Shown here piece by piece: positions 1 through 10,012 of a DNA stretch of 64,000 nucleotides. The notes beneath the pieces are model-generated. The model saw nothing but the letters and a program-made list of their open reading frames with translations. It was not told where the DNA came from and did not search any database. The DNA is taken from the NCBI GenBank assembly GCA_963747235.1, contig CAVVEU010000033.1, forward strand, positions 1-64,000. Reading direction: 5' to 3'. How positions within the stretch are numbered: the stretch's first letter is position 1; each line of letters starts with the position of its first letter. This DNA is from an uncultured Candidatus Rokubacteria bacterium (GTDB taxonomy: Bacteria; Methylomirabilota; Methylomirabilia; Rokubacteriales; CSP1-6). The position numbers and the translations under genes were made by a program.

Positions 1-894
1 CGCGATCTCGTCGGCTACGCCGGCAATCCCCCTCACCCGCAGTGGCCGGGCGGGGCGCGGATCGCGGTGAACTTCGTCATGAACTACGAAGAAGGCTCCG
101 AGTACAACGCCGCCGACGACGGCTTCTCCGAGGGCACGCTCACCGAATCGGGCGCGGCCAACTACGGCGTGAAGGGCCGCGACCTCGCCGCCGAGGGCAT
201 GTTCGAGTACGGCAGCCGGGTCGGCTTCTGGCGCGTGCAGCGCATCTTCAAGGAGCGCGGGCTGCCGCTCACCGTGTTCGGCTGCGCGCTGGCGCTCGAG
301 CGCAACCCGGCGGTGGCCGCGGCCATCCGCGAGTCGGGCTGGGACGTGTGCTCGCACGGCTGGCGCTGGGTCAAGCACTACGAGCTCGAGCGAGGACGAG
401 GAGCGCAAGCACATCCGGATGGCGGTCGAGTCCATGAAGAAGACGGTGGGCGAGCGGCCGCTCGGCTGGTACTGCCGCTACGGCCCCAGCGTGAACACCC
501 GGCGCCTGGTGGTCGAGGAGGGCGGATTCCTCTACGACTCCGACGCCTACAACGACGAGCTGCCCTACTGGGTGCGCGTGAACGAGAAGCCGCACCTGGT
601 CGTCCCGTACAGCCTCACCGCCAACGACTCCAAGTTCGGCAGCGGCGGCTTCTTCACCGCCGACGACTACTTCACGTTCGTGAAGGACGGCTTCGACGTG
701 CTCTACCGCGAGGGCAAGACCCAGCCCAAGATGATGTCGCTCGGGCTGCACCTGCGGCTGATCGGGCACCCGTCGCGCGCCGCCGGCCTCGAGCGCGCGC
801 TCGACTACATCGGCAGCCACAAGGACGTGTGGTTCACCCGCCGCCTGGACATCGCGCAGCACTGGGTCAAGACGCACCCCGCCCCGCGCGCTGA
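1..894 (+). CDS. puuE: Allantoinase PuuE / polysaccharide deacetylase family (5' partial, frameshift near 390, true stop uncertain)
   Basis: Frame 1 reads RDLVGYAGNPPHPQWPGGARIAVNFVMNYEEG...FEYGSRVGFWR...CSHGWRW; continues in ORF 419 frame with GWYCRYGPS, YDSDAYNDELPYW, MMSLGLHLRLIGHPSR. Confidence 0.8.
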   Translation, partial: RDLVGYAGNPPHPQWPGGARIAVNFVMNYEEGSEYNAADDGFSEGTLTESGAANYGVKGRDLAAEGMFEYGSRVGFWRVQRIFKERGLPLTVFGCALALERNPAVAAAIRESGWDVCSHGWRWVKHYELERGRGAQAHPDGGRVHEEDGGRAAARLVLPLRPQREHPAPGGRGGRIPLRLRRLQRRAALLGAREREAAPGRPVQPHRQRLQVRQRRLLHRRRLLHVREGRLRRALPRGQDPAQDDVARAAPAADRAPVARRRPRARARLHRQPQGRVVHPPPGHRAALGQDAPRPAR

Positions 895-924
895 GCGTCG
901 CGGCGCGTCCGCGGCGCGACGCGG

Positions 925-1698
925 CTACGCGGTCGCCGCCTTCAGATCGTCGAGCTGCTTGCGCACGCCCGCGACCATCGACGCCAGGTCGGAGCAGAGC
1001 ATCACGAGGTCGAAGCCGCGCTTCACCGAGCCGGCCGCGAATGCCGCGGACGCGCAGTGCATCGCCGCCTTCTTGCCGTGCTTGTGGGCCGCGTCGCGGA
1101 TCCGGTCGCACGTCGCGATGTGCAGCGGGTCCGGATTGTCGCCCCGCGGCGCGAGCCCGAGCGCGAACGAGAGATCGGCGGGGCCGATGTAGATGCAGTC
1201 GAGGCCCGGGGTGGCGCAGATCGCGTCCAGGTTGGCGAGGCCCTCCTTGGTCTCGATCATCGCCATGACCACGATCTCGTCGTTGGCCTTGGCCACGTAG
1301 TCGGCGCCGCCGTAGTGCACCGCGCGGACCGGCCCCGAGGAGCGCACGCCCACCGGGGGATAGCGGCAGGCCGCCACCGCCTTCGCGGCGTCCTCGGCGG
1401 TGTTGATCAGCGGCACCAGCATGCCGTACGCGCCGAAGTCGAGCGCCTTCATGATCGCGGCCTGGTCGTTCGAGGCCACCCGCACCACCGGCACCGTGTC
1501 GGTCTGGGAGACCGCCTGCAGCATGGGCCAGAGGTTGGCCATGTCGGTGAGGCCGTGCTGCATGTCGATGACGAGGGCGTCGAAGCCCTGCCGGGCCATG
1601 ACCTCCGCGGTGAACCCGTTGGACACCGAGAGCCAGCCCATCGTCACGCACTTGTTCTCGCGCCACATCTGCTTGATCTTGTTCGGCCGCATCGTCAC
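925..1698 (-). CDS. HpcH/HpaI class II aldolase family protein
   Basis: GFDALVIDMQHG, MIET, IYIGPADLS motifs. Confidence 0.9.
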   Translation of the reverse strand: MTMRPNKIKQMWRENKCVTMGWLSVSNGFTAEVMARQGFDALVIDMQHGLTDMANLWPMLQAVSQTDTVPVVRVASNDQAAIMKALDFGAYGMLVPLINTAEDAAKAVAACRYPPVGVRSSGPVRAVHYGGADYVAKANDEIVVMAMIETKEGLANLDAICATPGLDCIYIGPADLSFALGLAPRGDNPDPLHIATCDRIRDAAHKHGKKAAMHCASAAFAAGSVKRGFDLVMLCSDLASMVAGVRKQLDDLKAATA

Positions 1699-1776
1699 AC
1701 CTCGTCTGAAAGGTTAGCCAGAGTTGCCCGGCGGCGGGCGAAGCGTATCACAGCCTTTGGTGGTATAACACGCGCC

Positions 1777-2568
1777 ATGGATCTCGAGCTCACGGACAAG
1801 GTGGCGATCGTCGGCGGCGCCAGCAAGGGCCTCGGGCGGGCTTGTGCGGAGGTGCTGGCCGAGGAAGGCTGCCGCGTGGCGATCTGCAGCCGGTCGAAGG
1901 ACGATCTGGAGAAGGCCGCGAAGGACATCCGGGGCGCGACCGGCCGCGACGTGCTCGCCTTCGCGGGCGACCTGGACCGGCCCGAGACCATCCGCGGCCT
2001 CGTGGCGGCCACCGTGGAGCGGTTCGGGCGGATCGACATCCTGGTCAACAACTCGGGCGGGCCGCCGCTGGCCCAGGCCCAGACCGCCACCGAGGAGCAG
2101 TGGGCCACCGCGGTGGAGCGGTCGCTCTTCTTCTTCGCCCGCATGTGCCGCGAGGCGCTGCCGCATCTCAAGCGGCAGAGCGCCGGCCGGATCATCAACA
2201 TCCTGGCCAGCACCGTGTACCAGCCCATCCCCAACCTCGTGCTCTCCGGCGTCACCCGCATGGGCGTGGTGGCCTTCGCCAAGACCCTGGCGGATGAGGT
2301 CGGGCGCGACGGCATCCTGGTCAACAACGTGTGCCCGGGCTCGCTCATGAGCGAGCGGATGCAGTCGAACGTGGCGGCCCGGGCCAAGCAGCTCGGCATC
2401 ACGCTGGAGGAGGCGCTGGCCCAGCGCGCGGCCGAGACCGCGGTGGGACGCCTCGGAGAGCCGCGAGAGCTGGCCCACCTGGTGGCGTTCCTCGCCTCCG
2501 GCAAGTCCAGCTACATCACCGGGACCACCATGCTCGTGGACGGAGGTCTCGTGCGCTCCGTCCTGTAG
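1777..2568 (+). CDS. Short-chain dehydrogenase/reductase (SDR)
   Basis: MDLELTDKVAIVGGASKGLG, DILVNNSGGP, SYITGTTMLVDGG; start placed at ATG 1777. Confidence 0.9.
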   Translation: MDLELTDKVAIVGGASKGLGRACAEVLAEEGCRVAICSRSKDDLEKAAKDIRGATGRDVLAFAGDLDRPETIRGLVAATVERFGRIDILVNNSGGPPLAQAQTATEEQWATAVERSLFFFARMCREALPHLKRQSAGRIINILASTVYQPIPNLVLSGVTRMGVVAFAKTLADEVGRDGILVNNVCPGSLMSERMQSNVAARAKQLGITLEEALAQRAAETAVGRLGEPRELAHLVAFLASGKSSYITGTTMLVDGGLVRSVL

Positions 2569-2577
2569 GACGCCCCG

Positions 2578-3792
2578 ATGTCCCGCCAAGCTCACGCTCA
2601 GGGAAGCGCCGGCCCGGCGCGCGCGCGCATCGACGGCGTGCTCCGCCAGTCGGTGGACGCCAAGCAAGTCCCCGGGGTCGTCGCGATGGCGGCCACCGAC
2701 AAGGGCGTGCTCTACGAAGGCGCCTTCGGCCCGCGCGTGCTGGAGCCCGGCGCGGCCGCGATGACGCCCGACACCGTCTTCCGCATCGCGTCCATGACCA
2801 AGGTGATCACCTCGGTCGCGGCGATGCAGCTCGTCGAGCAGGGCAAGCTCAAGCTGGAAGACCCGGTGCCGAACATCGATCCCGCGCTGGGCTCGCCCCA
2901 GGTGCTCGACGGGTTCGACGCCTCCGGCGCGCCGAAGCTCCGGCCCGCGAAGCGGCCGATCACCCTGCGGCACCTGCTGACCCACACCGCCGGGTTCAGC
3001 TACGACATCTGGGACGCGAACACCGGGCGCTACATCAAGGCGTCGGGCATGCCCTCGCGGGCGACCGCCAAGGTCGCGTCCATCCGCACGCCGCTGATCT
3101 TCGATCCGGGCGACCGCTGGGAGTACGGCGTCAACACCGACTGGGTGGGCCGCATCGTCGAGGCGACCAGCGGGCAGCCGCTCGACGCCTACTTCCGCGA
3201 CAAGATCTTCGGGCCGCTCGGCATGAAGGACAGCGGCTACGTCACCACGCCCGAGCAGCGCGCCCGGCAGGCGCGGCTGCACCTGCGCCAGGCCGACGGG
3301 AGCCTCCAGCCGCAGCCGCTCGAGGCGGTGGCGGTGGCCGGCGAGTTCTGGTCGGGCGGCGGCCCGCTCTACTCGACGGGCCGCGACTACATCGAGTTCT
3401 TGCAGATGCTGCTGCACGGCGGGAGCTGGAAGGGCGCGCGCGTGCTGAAGCCGGAAACGGTGGCCCTGATGCAGCAGAACCACACCGGCGGCATCCCCGC
3501 CGGCATCATGAAGACGCAGATGCCCGCCCTGTCCAACGACGTCAATCTCTTCCCCGGGGCCGAGATCCGATGGGGGCTCGGCTACATGCTGAACGTCGGG
3601 CCCGGGCCGAACGGCCGGAGCGCGGGCACCGTGAGCTGGGGCGGGATCTTCAACACCTACTACTGGCTCGACCCCGCGAAGCGCGTCACCGGGCTGATCA
3701 TGACGCAGATCCTGCCGTTCGCGGACTCGCCGGCGCTCAAGCTCTACGGGCAGTTCGAGGACGCGGTGTACGCGGCGCTGCCCTCGGCCTGA
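2578..3792 (+). CDS. Serine hydrolase, beta-lactamase class C / esterase family
   Basis: FRIASMTK (SxxK), HLLTHTAG, WEYG, WGGIFNTYYWLDP. Confidence 0.9.
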   Translation: MSRQAHAQGSAGPARARIDGVLRQSVDAKQVPGVVAMAATDKGVLYEGAFGPRVLEPGAAAMTPDTVFRIASMTKVITSVAAMQLVEQGKLKLEDPVPNIDPALGSPQVLDGFDASGAPKLRPAKRPITLRHLLTHTAGFSYDIWDANTGRYIKASGMPSRATAKVASIRTPLIFDPGDRWEYGVNTDWVGRIVEATSGQPLDAYFRDKIFGPLGMKDSGYVTTPEQRARQARLHLRQADGSLQPQPLEAVAVAGEFWSGGGPLYSTGRDYIEFLQMLLHGGSWKGARVLKPETVALMQQNHTGGIPAGIMKTQMPALSNDVNLFPGAEIRWGLGYMLNVGPGPNGRSAGTVSWGGIFNTYYWLDPAKRVTGLIMTQILPFADSPALKLYGQFEDAVYAALPSA

Positions 3793-4867
3793 GCAGCCAG
3801 CCGTAGACGATCGAGTCCGGGCGCACCGTGTGTCCGGTGCGCCCGGACTCGTAGATCGCGAGCGCCACCTGCAGCATGTGCCGCGCGGCCCGCACGTCCT
3901 GGGCCGGCTGGCGCCCGTCGAGCACCCCGTCCACGAAGTCCGCCGCCGCGCCGTCGAAGCCGAGCCGCCAGTCCATCGGCACCTGGTAGCTCACGGTCTC
4001 GGTGCCGCGGATCACCTGCACCGGCGGCAGGTCGAGCATCTCCCCGCTGCAGCGGGTCACCCAGATGATGCCGCGGCTGCCGTGGATCTCGAAGAACTCG
4101 TCCACGCGGACGTACCGGCCGCGGATGACCATCTCGGGCGCGTGGGTGTAGTCCATGATCCCGAGGCAGTCGCGGTCCTTGAAGCGCCACGTGGCCACGC
4201 TCGGCGTCTCCAGGATGAAATCCTCGCCGCGCGTGACGATGGCGGAGACCTCGCCGATCTCGCCGATCCAGTAGGCGGCGGTGCCGTACTTGTGCACGCC
4301 GTCGTCGAACAGCACGCCACCCGGGTTGCGCGCCGGGTCCCGGCGCCAGACCATGGCGTCCGGCTCCATGTCGAGCGTGATGCCCTCCACGCGCTGGGCG
4401 CGCGTGGTGTGGATGCGCACCAGCGACGGCTCGCCGATGGCGCCCGCGTCGAGCAGCGCCTTGGCCTTCACGATGGGCGGGTAGTAGAGGAAGTTCTCGG
4501 TGACGCGGAAGATGGTCCGCGCGCGGGCCACCGCGGCCGCGATGCGATCGGCCTCGGCCACCGTGATCGCCAGCGGCTTCTGACACGACACGTGCTTGCC
4601 CGCGTCGAGCGCGGCCACGATCTGATCGGCGTGCATCCACGTGGGCGTGAGCAGCTCCACCGCGTCCACCGCGCGGTCGTCGAGCACCTGCGCGAAGTCG
4701 GAATAGAGGCGCGGCGTGATCCCCCACTCGGCGGCCCGCCGCTTCGCCCGCTCGGGCAGCGCGTCGCAGAGCGCGACCACGTCGCAGCGCGGGTGCTGGA
4801 GATAGCCGGGCGCGTTGAGCCGCGAGATGTTGCCGCATCCGACGATGGCCAGCCGCAGGCGGTCCAC
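3737..4867 (-). CDS. Gfo/Idh/MocA family oxidoreductase
   Basis: RLAIVGCGNI Rossmann fold, GKHVSCQKPLA, GGVLFDDGVH; the 3' end overlaps the convergent gene and may be shorter. Confidence 0.88.
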   Translation of the reverse strand: MDRLRLAIVGCGNISRLNAPGYLQHPRCDVVALCDALPERAKRRAAEWGITPRLYSDFAQVLDDRAVDAVELLTPTWMHADQIVAALDAGKHVSCQKPLAITVAEADRIAAAVARARTIFRVTENFLYYPPIVKAKALLDAGAIGEPSLVRIHTTRAQRVEGITLDMEPDAMVWRRDPARNPGGVLFDDGVHKYGTAAYWIGEIGEVSAIVTRGEDFILETPSVATWRFKDRDCLGIMDYTHAPEMVIRGRYVRVDEFFEIHGSRGIIWVTRCSGEMLDLPPVQVIRGTETVSYQVPMDWRLGFDGAAADFVDGVLDGRQPAQDVRAARHMLQVALAIYESGRTGHTVRPDSIVYGWLLRPRAAPRTPRPRTARRA

Positions 4868-4881
4868 GAGAGCGGCCCGCG

Positions 4882-5430
4882 TCAGGCCGGGAGCTTGTCG
4901 CCGTCGGGCGGGGCCGCCACCTCGAAGGCGTTGACCACCCCGCACAGCATCGCGAAGTAGCTCGCGGCCGCCGTCATCTCCACCAGCCACCGGGGGTCGT
5001 GCCGCCGGGCCAGCGCGTCGAAGGCCGCCTGCTCCACCTTGTTGGTGCGCATGAGCTGGCGCACGTAGACCACGATGTCGCGCTCGTCGGCGGGGAGGGC
5101 GGCCGCGTCGCCCCTGGCGCGCAGCACGTCGAGGGTCGCCTCGCTCACCCCGTTCCGCCGCGCCTGCGCGGTCTGGGCGGACCAGACGTAGGCCGCCTCG
5201 CGCTCCCGCACCGCGGCCAGGATGGCCACCGAGCGGAGCTTGCCCTCGACCGAGCTCTCGTCGCGGAAGAACGTGACCAGGGGCAGCAGGCGCTCCGCGA
5301 GCTGCGGGCTGTGCAGCAGCATGCTGAACGGTCCGCGCACGCCGCCGAAGACCTTGACGACCTGGTCGACGACGCCGTGGTGGGCGGCGGGGACATCTGA
5401 CTTGCCGGTGATGGGGGCGATGCGTGGCAT
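4882..5430 (-). CDS. Carboxymuconolactone decarboxylase (CMD)/AhpD-like protein without Cys motif
   Basis: GPFSMLLHSP, RSVAILAAVRE..AAYVWSAQ, EMTAAASYFAM pattern typical of CMD-like proteins. Confidence 0.75.
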   Translation of the reverse strand: MPRIAPITGKSDVPAAHHGVVDQVVKVFGGVRGPFSMLLHSPQLAERLLPLVTFFRDESSVEGKLRSVAILAAVREREAAYVWSAQTAQARRNGVSEATLDVLRARGDAAALPADERDIVVYVRQLMRTNKVEQAAFDALARRHDPRWLVEMTAAASYFAMLCGVVNAFEVAAPPDGDKLPA

Positions 5431-5452
5431 GGAGCGCTCCTCTCTCGGGTGA

Positions 5453-6751
5453 TCAGCCGCGGGTGAGCCCGCGCAGCACGTCGAAGTACTCCGGGAACGT
5501 CTTGGACACGCAGGCCGGGTTGACGATGCGGATGCCCGGCGCGCGCAGGCCGGTCACCGCGAAGCTCATCGCGATGCGGTGGTCGTCGTAGGTCTGCACG
5601 TCGGTGGGCCGGGGCGTGCCGGGATGGATGGTCACCGAATCCCACGCGCTCTCCACCTCAATCCCCATGCGCCGCAGCTCGGTGGCGGCGGCCACCGGCC
5701 GGTCGCTCTCCTCGAAGTGGGTCTGGGCGATCCCGCGCACCGTCACCGGCCCGTCCGCGAAGGGCGCGATGGCCATCAGCGTGGTCGCCACGTCGCCCAT
5801 CCGGGTGAAGTCGGCGTCTACGCGCGCGAAGCCGCGCGGGCCCCCGCACCGTGATCGTGTCGAGCTCCGACGGTGACCTCGCAGCCCATCCGCGCGAGCA
5901 CGTCGAGCAGGCCGAGGTCGCCCTGCGCGGAGTCGGTGCCGAGCCGCGGCACCACCACGCGGCTGCCGGTCACCGCGGCGGCCGCGAAGAAGTAGGACGC
6001 GGCCGAGGCATCGGGCTCCACCGCGTACACCCGTCCCTGGTAGCGCTGCCCGGCCGGGCACGCGGAAGCGCCGGTCGCCCTCGCGCTCGGCGCGCACCCC
6101 GAAGGCCTCCATGGTGGAGAGCGTCATCGTGATGTAGGGCGCCGAGACCAGCTCGCCCTCCACCTCGATCTCCACGTCGTGGCGGGCGTAGGGCGCGGCG
6201 AGCAGGATCGCGCTGAAGTACTGGCTCGAGATGTCTCCGCGCATGCGCGTGCGGCCACCGTCGATGCCCTTGGCCCGCACCACCACCGGCGGGCAGCCGG
6301 TGCCCTCGCGGCTCTCCGCGTCCACCCCGAGCGCGCGCAGGCCGTCGAGCAGCGGCTGGATCGGGCGCTTGCGCATGGCGGGCGAGCCGTCCACCACGAA
6401 GGTCCCCTGCCCGAGGGCGACGGCGGCGGTCAGGAAGCGCGCGGCCGTCCCCGCGTTGCCGATGTCGAGCGTGGCCTCCGCGGCGGGGAAACGGCCGTCC
6501 ACGCCCTCCACCGTGAAGGCGTGCGCCGCCTCGTCGGCCGTCACCCGCACCCCGAGCGCCTCGAGGGCCCGGTGCATGTAGCGCGTGTCGTCCGACCAGA
6601 GGGCCTGGGTGATCTCCGAGCGCCCGCGGGCCAGCGCGGCGACCAGGAGCGCGCGGTTGCTGTAGCTCTTCGACCCCGGCAGGGCCACCTCCGCGTCGAA
6701 CGGCCGCGTGATCGGCTCGACGGGCCGGACGGGGGCTGGTGTCTCCGCCAT
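5453..6751 (-). CDS. aroA: 3-phosphoshikimate 1-carboxyvinyltransferase (EPSP synthase); two compensating frameshifts near 6055 and 5860
   Basis: [63 protein letters not shown]. Confidence 0.93.
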   Translation of the reverse strand: MAETPAPVRPVEPITRPFDAEVALPGSKSYSNRALLVAALARGRSEITQALWSDDTRYMHRALEALGVRVTADEAAHAFTVEGVDGRFPAAEATLDIGNAGTAARFLTAAVALGQGTFVVDGSPAMRKRPIQPLLDGLRALGVDAESREGTGCPPVVVRAKGIDGGRTRMRGDISSQYFSAILLAAPYARHDVEIEVEGELVSAPYITMTLSTMEAFGVRAEREGDRRFRVPGRAALPGTGVRGGARCLGRVLLLRGRRGDRQPRGGAAARHRLRAGRPRPARRARADGLRGHRRSSTRSRCGGPRGFARVDADFTRMGDVATTLMAIAPFADGPVTVRGIAQTHFEESDRPVAAATELRRMGIEVESAWDSVTIHPGTPRPTDVQTYDDHRIAMSFAVTGLRAPGIRIVNPACVSKTFPEYFDVLRGLTRG

Positions 6752-6787
6752 GATTGGCGCATCATACCGCGTAGGAGGCCCGCTCCG

Positions 6788-7663
6788 ATGGCCATCACGA
6801 TCCGACAGGTCGGACCCTGCCTCGCCGGCGAGGTGGACGGCATCGACCTCGCCAAGCCGCTCACCCCGGAGGAGGTCGCCGCCATCCACGCCGGCATGGA
6901 CCGGTACGCGGTGCTGGTCTTCCACGGCCGGCCCGTCACCCCCGACCAGCACATGGCCTTCACGCTGGCGCTGGGCCCGATCGAGAACGCGGTCGGCACC
7001 GGGCTGCGCGCCGAGTATCGCCTGCCCACCGTGTTCGCGGACGTGTCCAACCTCGACAAGGACGAGCGGGTGTTCGCGCGAGACAGCCGCACGCGCCTCT
7101 TCGGGCTCGGCAACCGGCTCTGGCACTCCGACAGCTCGTTCAAGCCGATTCCCGCGAAGTACTCGCTGCTGCACGCCTACAGCATCCCGTCGCGAGGCGG
7201 CAACACCGAGTTCGCGGACATGCGCGCGGGCTACGACGCCCTCGACGAGGAGACCCGCGCGCTGTGCGAGGACCTGATCTGCGAGCACTCGCAGCTCTAC
7301 TCGCGCCAGATCCTCGGCTTCACCGACTTCACCGACGACGAGCGCGAGCGCTTCGCCCCGGTGCGCCAGGTGCTGGTGCGCACCCATCCGGTGACCGGGC
7401 GCAAGTCGCTCTATCTCTCGTCACACGCCGGCGGCATCATCGGCTGGCCGGTGCCGGAGGCGCGCGCCTTCCTGCGCGACCTGGTCGAGCACGCCACCCA
7501 GCGGCAGTTCGTCTACTCGCACCGGTGGCGGGTCGGCGACCTCGTGATGTGGGACAACCGCCAGACCATGCACCGGGCGCGGCCCTTCCCCGAGCACGAG
7601 CCGCGCGACGTGCGCCGGACCACCCTGGCGGGCGACCGGCCGACGGTGGCGCAGCTCAGCTGA
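6788..7663 (+). CDS. TauD/TfdA family Fe(II)/2-oxoglutarate dioxygenase (TfdA-like)
   Basis: LWHSDSSF (HxD), GGNTEFAD, WDNRQTMHRA. Confidence 0.92.
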   Translation: MAITIRQVGPCLAGEVDGIDLAKPLTPEEVAAIHAGMDRYAVLVFHGRPVTPDQHMAFTLALGPIENAVGTGLRAEYRLPTVFADVSNLDKDERVFARDSRTRLFGLGNRLWHSDSSFKPIPAKYSLLHAYSIPSRGGNTEFADMRAGYDALDEETRALCEDLICEHSQLYSRQILGFTDFTDDERERFAPVRQVLVRTHPVTGRKSLYLSSHAGGIIGWPVPEARAFLRDLVEHATQRQFVYSHRWRVGDLVMWDNRQTMHRARPFPEHEPRDVRRTTLAGDRPTVAQLS

Positions 7664-9131
7664 CGCGCCAGCTCTTGTCCACGTAGCGGCGGCCGTCCAC
7701 CGTCGAGATCTGCAGCGCGGCGCGGTAGGCGCCCGGCCGCCGCGGTGTGGATGCGCGTCTCCGCCGCGACCTGCTCCGGGTCGGGCCCGCCCGCGAGCGC
7801 CTCGGTCACCGCGCGACCGTCCAGGCCGCGCCTCGCCCTCGACACCGAGCAGGGCGAGCACGGTCGGCGCCACGTCCACGTTGCCGGCCGGCGCGGGCGC
7901 GGTGATCCCCTTTTTCACGCCCGCGCCCCAGGCCAGGAACGTGTTGCGCACGTTCCACGGGCTCATGCTGCCGTGGTCGCTCACGTAGGGCGCCCCGCCC
8001 GCGCTCACCGCCGCGAGATCGGTGCCGGGCACCCCGAAGGCGCTGCGCCGGGAGGTCCACGGGAACGTGAAGAGCAGGTCGGGGCCGCGGTCGCGGTTCG
8101 CCAGCCCGATCAGCTCGAGCGGGAAGGCGCCGTCCACGCGCCCGGCCGAGAAGACCACCCCGCCCCAGTCCTGCGCCTGGATGAAGCGGGCCAGCCGCGC
8201 GACCCGCTCCGGATCACGGTCCTGCACGTGGAGCGCGACCGCCTGGCCGCTGCTGGCCAGGATCACGTCGGTGGAATCGGGCGCCGCCTTCAGCTTGGCC
8301 TCGATCAGGGCGCCCGCCACGTCCACCCCCGCGGTATTGGTGGTGAACCCGTGGTCGGAGACCACCAGCACGCTGGTGGAGCCGGCGTCGAGCCCCGCCA
8401 GCACCCGCGCGATCTCCCGGTCGCCGTTGCGGAGCGCCTCGCGCGCGGCGGGCGAGCCCACGCCGACGTGATGCTGGCTGTGGTCCGGCTCGGTGAGCCA
8501 GTTGATGACGACAGCGGGCGCGAGCTCGGGAAGCACGTACTCGCGCAGCACCCGCTGCGTCCAGTTGACCGAGTCGTCGAAGCGCGCGCCGCCCGGCTGC
8601 TTCACCGGCGCCGGGCCCGAAGCGGGCCAGCACCGCCTCGCTGACCGCGGCCGGATACGCCACCGTCTTGCCCGGATCGAGGTAGCCGTTGACGAGCGTC
8701 GCCCACCCCGTCGGGCGCCTTCGGGTTCAGCAGGAACGCGCTGCCCGTCGAGCCCGAGCTGACCCCGGCCAGCGCGAGCCCGCGGGCGTGGAGCCGCTCG
8801 GCGAGCGTCGCGCACCTGGAGGACGCGGCCGCCGGTCGGCCCGCTCGAGCGCGAGGAAGTTGCGGTAGTTGCCGGTGTCGAAGGCGCGCCGCTCGTCCAC
8901 CGCGGGCACGAACATCTGATTGCCCACCAGGCCGTTGGTGCCCGGCTGCGTCCCGGTGGCGATCGCGGCCGCGTTGACGCGGGTCACGGTGGGGAAGACC
9001 GCGTGGCTGTTCACCAGGTCCACGCCTTCCGCGCGCAGCCGGAAGAGGGTGGGCGTGTCCTCGGCGGTGATGGAATCGGGGCGGAGCCCGTCCACCACGA
9101 AGACGAGGACGAGGGGCCGCGCGCCCGGCAC
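7656..9131 (-). CDS. Alkaline phosphatase superfamily / nucleotide pyrophosphatase-phosphodiesterase (several frameshifts)
   Basis: VFVVDGLRPD, FPTVTRVNAAAIATG, EPDHSQH, VVSDHGF, DHGSMSP, NVDVAPTVL spread over three frames. Confidence 0.8.
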
Positions 9132-9650
9132 TAGGCGGGGTCGATCCCCACGATCTCGTTGAACCGGCCGAAGCCGATGTAGAGCGTGGTGTGCGCCACC
9201 AGCTCGATCACCTCGGCCTCGGAGAACTGGGCGCGCACCTCGGCCCAGAGCGCGTCATCCACCTTCTGGTGATCCACCGCGAGCTTCTCGGCGAAGCGGA
9301 CCGCGGCCCGCTCGCGCGGGGTGAGGAGCGTCGGAGGTCTCGTCGTTGATCGCCGCGATCTTCTCTTCGGTCGCTCCCGCATGCCGGGCCCCGGCATAGC
9401 GCGCCTTGAGTCAGTAGCGACAGGCGTTGAGCCCCGCGATCTTGATCCGCACCAGCTCGCGGATCACCGGGTCGATGGTCCCCTCGCGCGCGAGCGCGCC
9501 GCGAAAGGTGGCCAGCGCCTTCACCACCGCCGGGTTCCGCGCGTAGGTGCGGGTGCTCGCGGAGGTGCCGATCTGCTGCTCGGACTCCTCGCACATGTGC
9601 CGGATCTCGGCGTCGAGCTCGTTGATTTCGAGCGGCTGCATGCGTGGCAT
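9131..9650 (-). CDS. AhpD/CMD-like peroxidase-related protein, probable selenoprotein (CxxU; UGA at 9413-9411; extra base near 9331)
   Basis: RELVRIKIAGLNACRY-TGA-LKARYAGARHAGATEEKIAAI continues in frame, then LTPRERAAVRFAEKL...FSEAEVIELV...GFGRFN; GGAGG RBS before ATG 9650. Confidence 0.8.
9381..9397 (-). promoter_or_regulatory. Putative bacterial SECIS hairpin
   Basis: ATGCCGG-GGC-CCGGCAT stem-loop beginning 13 nt 3' of the in-frame UGA. Confidence 0.6.
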
Positions 9651-9668
9651 TGACGCCTCCTTCAACCA

Positions 9669-9749
9669 CCCCTCACCCTGCCCTCTCCCCTGAGGGGAGA
9701 GGGTTTCGAGATCCCCTCTCCCCGTTGGGGAGAGGGCCAGGGTGAGGGG
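9669..9749. repeat. boxC-like palindromic repeat, inverted pair
   Basis: CCCCTCACCCTGCCCTCTCCCC-TGA-GGGGAGAGGG then CCCCTCTCCCC-GTT-GGGGAGAGGGCCAGGGTGAGGGG. Confidence 0.9.
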
Positions 9750-9755
9750 CCTGGG

Positions 9756-10001
9756 TTATCCTCCCGCGATCGCGGGGAGGAGGAAGACTTCGCTGTTGGG
9801 GCCGATGGGCTCGAGCAGGGCGTCCTGGAAGATCTGGCCGTCGATGGCGACGGCCAGGCCCGACTCGAGATGGGGCGCGAGCGCCGGATGGAGCTCGCCG
9901 AGCTGCCGGAAGAGCTGCTGGACGGACGTCGCCGAGAGATCGAACTCGGCGACGCCCCCCGTCACCTGCGCGAGGTTGCCGATCAGCACCACTCGCGCCA
10001 T
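9756..10001 (-). CDS. MoaD/ThiS family sulfur-carrier protein
   Basis: 81 aa, AVAIDG, C-terminal LLPAIAGG. Confidence 0.88.
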   Translation of the reverse strand: MARVVLIGNLAQVTGGVAEFDLSATSVQQLFRQLGELHPALAPHLESGLAVAIDGQIFQDALLEPIGPNSEVFLLPAIAGG

Positions 10002-10012
10002 GCGGTCGCGGC

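Noticed and set aside
895-1192. C-terminal extension of PuuE overlapping the aldolase gene
   Set aside because: Homology ends at HWVKTHP; the extension is antisense to the aldolase and probably reflects an indel just before the TGA at 892-894.
5453-6751. Isolated, frameshifted aroA as a pseudogene or glyphosate-related acquisition
   Set aside because: All catalytic motifs are present and the two frameshifts match the window-wide error pattern; nothing indicates horizontal transfer.
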